From Octopus bimaculoides (Eukaryota): a stretch of DNA of 64,000 nucleotides. The notes under the pieces were generated by a model, which saw only the letters and a list, made by a program, of their open reading frames with translations, made no database searches and was not told the origin of the DNA. Numbering within the stretch: position 1 is the first letter of the stretch; each line of letters begins with the position of its first letter. The position numbers were made by a program, and so were the translations under genes. Positions 42,922 through 51,400 of this stretch are shown one piece after another. Location: assembly GCF_001194135.2 (NCBI RefSeq), contig NC_068995.1:10559749-10623748 (forward strand), written 5' to 3'.

Positions 42922-45342
42922 CAAATAATAAATGAGTATATGCATATATACGTACATGTATGTACATACTTACATCTACCTGTATATATAGATGCATATC
43001 TGGGTACAGGACAATGTAAACAAAGCGTAGACAAAATGATAAACAGAGTACAGAAAACACACAGGCCACATAGAGAACACTTCATCAGCTGCCCCCATTC
43101 TAACACAGGCGTTTCGAAGAGTAGGGCAGGACGCATCGTTAAAACGGCTCTTCCCACGGACTACAAATTAAATTCAAATTAAATTTGTAACATATATATA
43201 TATAATTACTAAATGAATAAATTTCTGAAAATATTTAGATATTACTATTATTATCATTAATAAAATGAATAATAACAACAATAATATAGGTGGCCAACAA
43301 GCAAAAGCCGATAAATGGAAAAATCAAAAATTTTGTAATTTATAATTATAATATGACTTGAGNNNNNNNNNNGGACAGACATAAATACATACAGAGAAAC
43401 AGACAGAAAGAGAATTGAGCCAACTAGGAAGATTAGAAGATACTCTTTCACTCTTTTACTTGTTTCAGTCATTTAACTGCGGCCATGCTGGAGCACCACC
43501 TTTAGTCGAGCAAATTGACCCCAGGACTTATTCTTTGTAAACCTAGTACTTATTCTATTGGTCTCTTTTTGCCAACCGCTAAGTTACGGGGACGTAAACA
43601 CACCAGCATCGGTTGTCAAGCGATGTTGGTGGGGACAAACACAGACACACACACATATATACACACACACACACACATATATATATATATTTCAAACTAG
43701 TCGTATCCAGCTTGAATAGTTTACCTGTTTTATGTCTAAACTGACAAGATCTGGCCTCTTATGCCTACCTTACAATATCATTCTAAATATCGGGGCATTC
43801 CATGAATAATGCGGTGTTTTCAATTGCATGAACTAAAAATCAGAAGGGGAAGGGACAAACTACCTGCATCAACTTGCTATAATAGTAATTTTACCTTATT
43901 TCTTATTCTTAGTGCAAGTTTTGAAGAGTGCAGTTCGATTCTGACAGTTATTTTTTCAAAGCTATAATGGAAGTGACAGAGGAGCATATTCAGCATATTT
44001 TGCTTTATGAGTTCAATAAAGACAACGCAATGGAAGGTGTGAGGAATATTAATGTAGTATATGGGGATTGGATAATTTGTGCAAGCCAGTGTCAACAGTA
44101 GTTCCAGAAGTCTCGGCCTTTCATCATTGCCTCTGTGAGGCTCATCATTCGAAGTTCATGCTTCACCACCTCATCCCATGTCTTCCTGGATCTCCCCCTA
44201 CCACTGTTTGGGAGTAGCACTTCTTCACACAGCTCTCCTCATCCATACCAGTACAGACATCTCTCTTGCATGCCACATCCGATGCTTCTTATGTCCAACA
44301 TTTCTCTCAGGGCGCTAACACTGTCGTGTGTGCACACTGACATTACATATCCAGCAGATTATGCTCGCTTCATTTCTTTCAAGCCTACGCATGTCATCAG
44401 CAGTCATGGCCCATGTTTCACTGCTGTGAAGTATGGCTGTTTGCACACATGCATCATACAATATACCTTTCACTCTGAGCCTGAGGCCCTTTGTCGCCAG
44501 TAGGGGTAGAAGTTTTCTGAACTTTGCCCAGGCTATTCTTATTCTAGTGGTAACAATCTCTGAAAAAACCACCCCCACTATAGACTTGGTCGCCTAGGTA
44601 GCAGAATCTAGCAACTACTTCTAGTTTCTCACCCTGGCATGTAATGGAATCTCTTTTCTGTACATCTTTGGTGTTTATTGCCCCCTGTGCATCTGCCACA
44701 CATGAAAGCTATCTTTCTGGTTAATCTTCCTTTGATGTTGTTGCACTTCTTATGTGTCCATAGCTTACACTGGGTATAACTTATAGAGTTATATATATAT
44801 ATATAAACCTTGCCAAATGAGACTGGAACCTGGTGCAGTTCTCTGGCTCATCAGCTCCAATCAAACCATCTAACCCATGCCAGCATGGAGAGTGGATGTT
44901 AAATGATGATGTTACACACACACAATAGGCTTTTTTCAGTTTTTGCCTACCAAACCTATTTACAAGGTTTTGTCCAGCCCAGGGTTCCACACAATGGGAC
45001 TGAACATGGAGCCATAAGGTTTGGAAGCAAGCTTCTTACAACACAGCCACAACTGAACCTAGAAAATAAAGTTGGGCTGGCATGACCAAGATTCGAACCT
45101 GGGTTACAATGTCCACAATGCAGAGTCCTAACCACAAGACAATCATGATATATATGATAATATCAAACACTGAAGAGAAATGCAGATGGTGGGGAGTTCA
45201 CAATTTTTCAAGTGCCCCACTTAATATTGTTGATTTATGTCTATCTCATCCTACATGCAAACAGATCACTCAAATTCTTAATTGGAATACTTAGGAATAT
45301 TGTGAATTTCTTGCATTAAATAATAGTTGGCATTGTTAATCC

Positions 45343-45410
<68 letters not shown>

Positions 45411-48400
45411 AAATAAGCAACAGGATATCCAGAGATGCTACAGTACAACTGTTTCAAGTGACTCCATTTAATTGAACAATGCAATCATTACATCAATTTA
45501 AATGCAGAGCTATCCTCAGCTGCATAAATAAATAAATAGAATTAATTTAATCAGTCAGACATATTTGTATGATTTTACTTAAATCCTCTAAGAGGGTAAG
45601 AAAACAGACAAAGTCCATGCTGTATTCACTTCAGCTTAGAAGCTACTAAGACAATATATATATATGTATATATATCTATCTATATATATATATATATATA
45701 TATAGGCGCAGGAGTGGCTGTGTGGTAAGTAGCTCGCTTACCAACGACATGGTTCCGGGTTCAGTGCCACTGTGTGGTATCTTGGGCAAGTGTCTTCTAC
45801 TATAGCCTCAGGCCAACCAAAGCCTTGTGAGTTGGTCTGGTGGATGGAAACTGAAAGAAGACATACGTACGTTCTGGAGTTGAATTTTTCAATGAAAACA
45901 ATTCGAGGCAGTGCTCCAGCATTGCCGCAGTCAAATGATCAAAACAAGTAAAAGAATAAAAGAATATATACATTGTATGATACCCATGCCAGCATGAAAA
46001 GCAGACATTAAACGATGGTTATGATGATGATAGTAGAGGCGCAATGGCCCAGTGGTTAGGGCAGCAGACTCATGGTCATAGGATCGCGGTTTCGATTTCC
46101 AAACTGGGCATTGTGAGTGTTTATAGAGCGAAAACACCTAAAGCTCCACGAGGCTACGGCAAGGGATGGTGGCGAACCCTGCTGTACTCTTCCACCACAA
46201 CTTTCTCTCACTCTTACTTCCTGTTTCTGTTGTGCCTGTAATTCAAAGGGTCAGCCTTGTCATACTGTGTCATGCTGAATATCCTCGAGAACTACGTTAA
46301 GGGTACACGTGTCTGTGGAGTGCTCAGCCACTTGCACGTTAATTTCACGAGCAGGCTGTTCCGTTGATCGGATCAAGTGGAACCCTCGACATCATAAGCG
46401 ACGGAGTGCCAACAACAACAACATGATGATGATAATGTTGATAAGCACAAGTGCATGTATGCAGAGGAAACAGCTGGTCCACAAAGGAAAGTCAATGATG
46501 GATTTCAGATATTTACTGAAATAGGCTACATGTTCGTCATACATACATTCAACCATGTGGTACAGGAAGATTTATATATTCAATGACTAGCATAACAATA
46601 TTATCTTTATTTGCTACAAGGACAAAGGAGATGTACTAGAGAGAGAGAGAGAGAGACCTCCAAAAGCACTAAATCATTTCAGATTCTGACACATGGCCAG
46701 CAATTTTAAGGGATGGACAGAGTCAATAACATCTAACCTCCCCCCCCCCACCATCCCCATGCTCAACTGGTAGTTATTCTATCAACTGCAAAAGAATGAA
46801 AGGTGAAGTCTACTTTGGTGGGATTTGAACACTGATCATAAAGAACCAAGTGTGATAAGTGGCTTGCTTACCAATCACATGGTTCTGGGTTCATTCCCAC
46901 TGCATGGCACCTTGGGCAAGTGCCTTCTACTATAGCCTCGGGCCGACCAAAGCTTTGAGTGGATTTGCTAGACGGAAACTGAAAGATAATGGAACAGCTT
47001 GTTGTATTGCAGAAGAAATTATTACTTTTTTAATTGATTCTGACAGTCAAGAAATACAATAAAGGCTGTATTATGTGATGGCACTCCAGTAAACAGTGGT
47101 CATTTAGGAAGGGTAATTAAAATAATTGAATTATACTTAAATAAACCACTTCAGTGGTTGATATGCCTGCTACATACAAATGAGCTTCTGTTTTGACACA
47201 TATTCGAATCCATAGATGGAAAAACAACAGGATCACAAACATCAAAAAAGCCTATTAGGCAATAAAATTAAAGAAGATGTAACAAACTTAAAGATAATTA
47301 AATTTTCTCTAGTAAAAACTCAACTAAAGGAATTGCCATTGGAAATTGTTGATACTTTAAGCTCAGATTAAAAATATTTGTATGAAATGTTACTTCAGTA
47401 TTGAGTCAGAGTTTGTTTCTGAACAGTTAACAGCAAGATCACCTGATAAAATCCATCATGCAAGGTGGTTAACACATGCAAACAGAATTCTTCGCTTATA
47501 TCATCATCATCATCATCGTTTAATGTCCGCCTTCCATGCTAGCATGGGTTGGATGATTTGACTGAGGACTGGCAAACTAGAAGGCTGCACCAGGCTCCAA
47601 TCTAATTTGGCAGAGCTTCTACAGCTGGATGCCAACCACTCCGAGAGTGTAGTGGGTGCTTTCACGTGCCACCGGCATGAGGGCCAGTCCAGGCAGTACT
47701 GGCAATGGCCACGCTCAAAATGGTGTTTTTTACATGCCTTCGAGGAAAAATCCCTAAAAGAATATTATAGATCTTGTTAAAATCATAATGCATGTTTATG
47801 CTCCAAGCTAGTTCTGGATTAAATCTCATCCAAAGTTACATGAATGAGCAAGTAATTTTTGGTATATGATACATCTAATGCAAGATATGAACCAAGATCA
47901 TAAAGAAGTTATGGAGAAATCGTTAAAAACTAATTCGTATTTTGCCCATCTGGAAAATATTTTAATGAATATGCTGAATGATGGAAGAAGACAAATTAGG
48001 GAAGTAGAAATTGAGTGAATTATTAAAACAAGAACTTTTCGTTGAATGCCCCGTGAAGAATTAAGAAATTTCAAACTGCCAAGCAAAATTGAATTTGAAG
48101 CACAAGATTATGTTGATTTGATTAACAGGGGAAAAAAAAGTGATAACATCCCCTCCGTTTTTACGGAACTTTACAAACGTTGATCTTCTAAAAGCTCATT
48201 CAGAAGCATTAACAGCAATACCTCTTTCCCTGTCATAGTCAAGGAGTCAAGCATGCCATCAGTTTAGTGACAAAAACCTTCTGAAGTCGAAATAGGCTTC
48301 GAAAATAGGCACAAAGTCATATTAAATGTACCGAATTCAAGACAAAGTTCACCTCACTTTGACTGGAAAAGACAATGGTCATTTAATTAAATAGTCAATA

Positions 48401-51400
48401 CTATTTAGTGCTTATTTTATGATGTTCACTGTTCACGTATTTCGTTTGAGGTTCGTGCATAGTTTTATTATTGCAAGTCATTAAGAATTTACATTTTTTT
48501 AATAGTGAAAGTGCTTTTCTGAATATAGGCTTTTCTTTATAAAAAAAAANNNNNNNNNNAAATAATTTATAAAATGTTATATAGGTAATATTTAACCAAT
48601 ACAAAGTTGATAGCATTAAAACAAGTTTACAGTTCCTTAAATTTTCACTATTCGAAATGCAGAATTGGGAGGGGGGGGTTATTGTTTGCATTTTTTTTTT
48701 TTTTTTTTGGCGCAAATCCAGCAATTTCGGGGGAGGTGGTAAGTTGATTACAACGACCCAGTACTCAACTGGTACTCATTTTATCGACTCCGAAAGGACG
48801 AAAGGAAAAGTTGACCTCGGCGGAATTTGAACTCAGAACATTAAGACGTGCTTACGATCCTTTCAGCTTGCCACCTTACAGAGTAGAAATAGTTTATTTA
48901 CTAATCTTTTAATGAATAAATAAAATCTCGCTGTGTCCTTGGACTTCAGAAAACCTCGGGGACATATGACAATACGGAAAAATCATGCCAGTTATTTGCG
49001 AGAACACATACATACATAGTTACAATAACTTTCGTGTATTCACTAATAGTTTGTTTTTTTAAATCTTTAAACTGTCAAAATGCTTCGTCCAGTATGTACT
49101 GCTAGATCATGACAATACTAAAAGCATATTCAATAAATATTATATATACATGTACATACACACACACAATCCACCCCACAAAAAAAAATGTATACACACT
49201 TCAGGAAAGAAAAAATCTGTATAAATATTTTGATTCAGTCAGTGTCATCACAATTTGATAAAACATCGAAAAAAAGTATTTATATCTATAGGGGTACTTA
49301 TATAGAATGTTTGCCCAGATTTTTTCCTTTCCTGAAGTGTGTATAAATATATATTTTTTGCTAACTCTGTATATATATATATATGTATGTATGCGTATAC
49401 GTGTGTGTAATGTATACACACACACATATATAATCATCATCATCATCGTTCGTACAAATGAATAAAAGACGGATATTTATATAAACACAAGTACACATAT
49501 AAATAAACGAAATTAAATATACGCAGACACCTGTTTAGATTTGTGCAGCATTGACACATGCAAAAGTATAGATTGATTTTGAGTTGTACTAAATACATAT
49601 TATAATAATTATACACGTCTCCCGGTTTTACGTTCCGAGTTCAAATTCTGCCGTGGTCGACAACCGGTGTTGGTGTGTTTGTCTCCGTATCTTAGCTGTT
49701 TGACAAAATGAGACCGATGCAATAAGTACAAAGGTTACTGGGGTCGATTAGTTCGACTAAAATTCCTCGAGGCTGACCCCCAGCATGGCTGCAGTTTAAT
49801 AATTGAAACAAGTAAAAAGATATAGGGAAGTGGAGCGTACCTCAACTTACGTCGGCAATTAGACATGTGGCAAATGTCTTAACCAGAAAATCGACGTAAC
49901 ACGAAAAGTCGATTTTAAAACTTTATTACACCTGTTCATATAAATGATCTGTCTATATTTTGACATGTAATTCACTTGATTTACCACTTCAATATTGGTT
50001 TTAGAGTGTAGTTTTTTAATTTCTTATGCTTTTATATATATTACTCGCTAAGAACGACGTAAAGTCGGATAAATCGATTGAAGTTGAGGTTTATTTTCCC
50101 ATCAATTTCTTTAAATAACAACGTAAAGTCGGAAATGATGTAACTCGGAACGACATGAGTGGCTGTGTGGTAAGTAGCTTGCTTACCAACCACATGGTTC
50201 CTGGGTTCAGTCCCACTGCGTGGCACCTTGGGCAAGTGTCTTCTACTATAGCCTCGGGCCGACCAAAGCCTTGTGAGTGGATTTCGTAGACGGAAACTGA
50301 AAGAAGCCCGTCGTATATATGTATATATATATATATATGTATGTGTGTATATGTTGTGTATCTGTGTTTGTCCCCACAACATCGCTTGACAACCGATGCT
50401 GGTGTGTTTAGGTCTCCGTAACTTAGCGGTTCGGCAAAAAGAGGCCGATAGAATAAGTCCTGGGGACGATTTGATTCGACTAAAGGCGGTGCTCCAGCAT
50501 GGCGCAGTCAAATGACTGAAACAAGTAAAGGAATAAAGAAACATATATATATATATATACACACACACGTGTAGATACATGAATACAACATTTACTAAAC
50601 AAAATACAATATGCGCATAGACACACACACACAACGTCAACTCGACAGGCTTGCGGAATCTTTACTTTCCGAGTTCAAACCAGCACGGAGTCGACATCGC
50701 CTTCGATGCTTCCGGGATCGATAAACCAAATACCGATCAAGCACTAGAGTCGATATTATCGACTAACACCATCTCTCACGATAAAAATATGTGGCTTCGT
50801 ATCTTTGTTAGAATGAAATCATTATTATTAACACTATCGTATCGCCGAAGACTACGTCGTTGAATTCGCTTCTGCTACATTCCCAGTAATAGCATTTATT
50901 AATTCCCCACATACACTCATTAGTTGCGTAACATGTTATTCTTGTCCAGATTTTTTTTTTCTGCTAGACTAGAAGACAATGGATGTGAGAGGCGGTAACC
51001 ATCTCAACTAACCTCTGTATGTGTGGATAATGCGTATGTGTGAATGTACATATACGTATGTATAACATGTATACTGACGTAGATAGATAAACAGATAGAT
51101 AGAAAGATAGATAGATAGATAGATAGGTAGGTAGGTAGGTATGTGAATGTGCGTGTGAGAGTGAGTGCGTGTGTGTGTGAGAGAGAGTGTATGCGTGTGA
51201 CATATTGCGTGCGTGTGTACTTAAGTACGCATGTGTGTGTGTGTGTGTATATTATATATATTGATTTCCAGTATTGGCACACGGTTATAAGAGAGGGAAA
51301 AAAAAAAGGGGGGGGGTAAATCAATTAACTCGTTCCCCGCCTTCACGTTACCATAGTATACTGCTGGTACTTAGCTGATCGCCTCGGATACATACATAGA

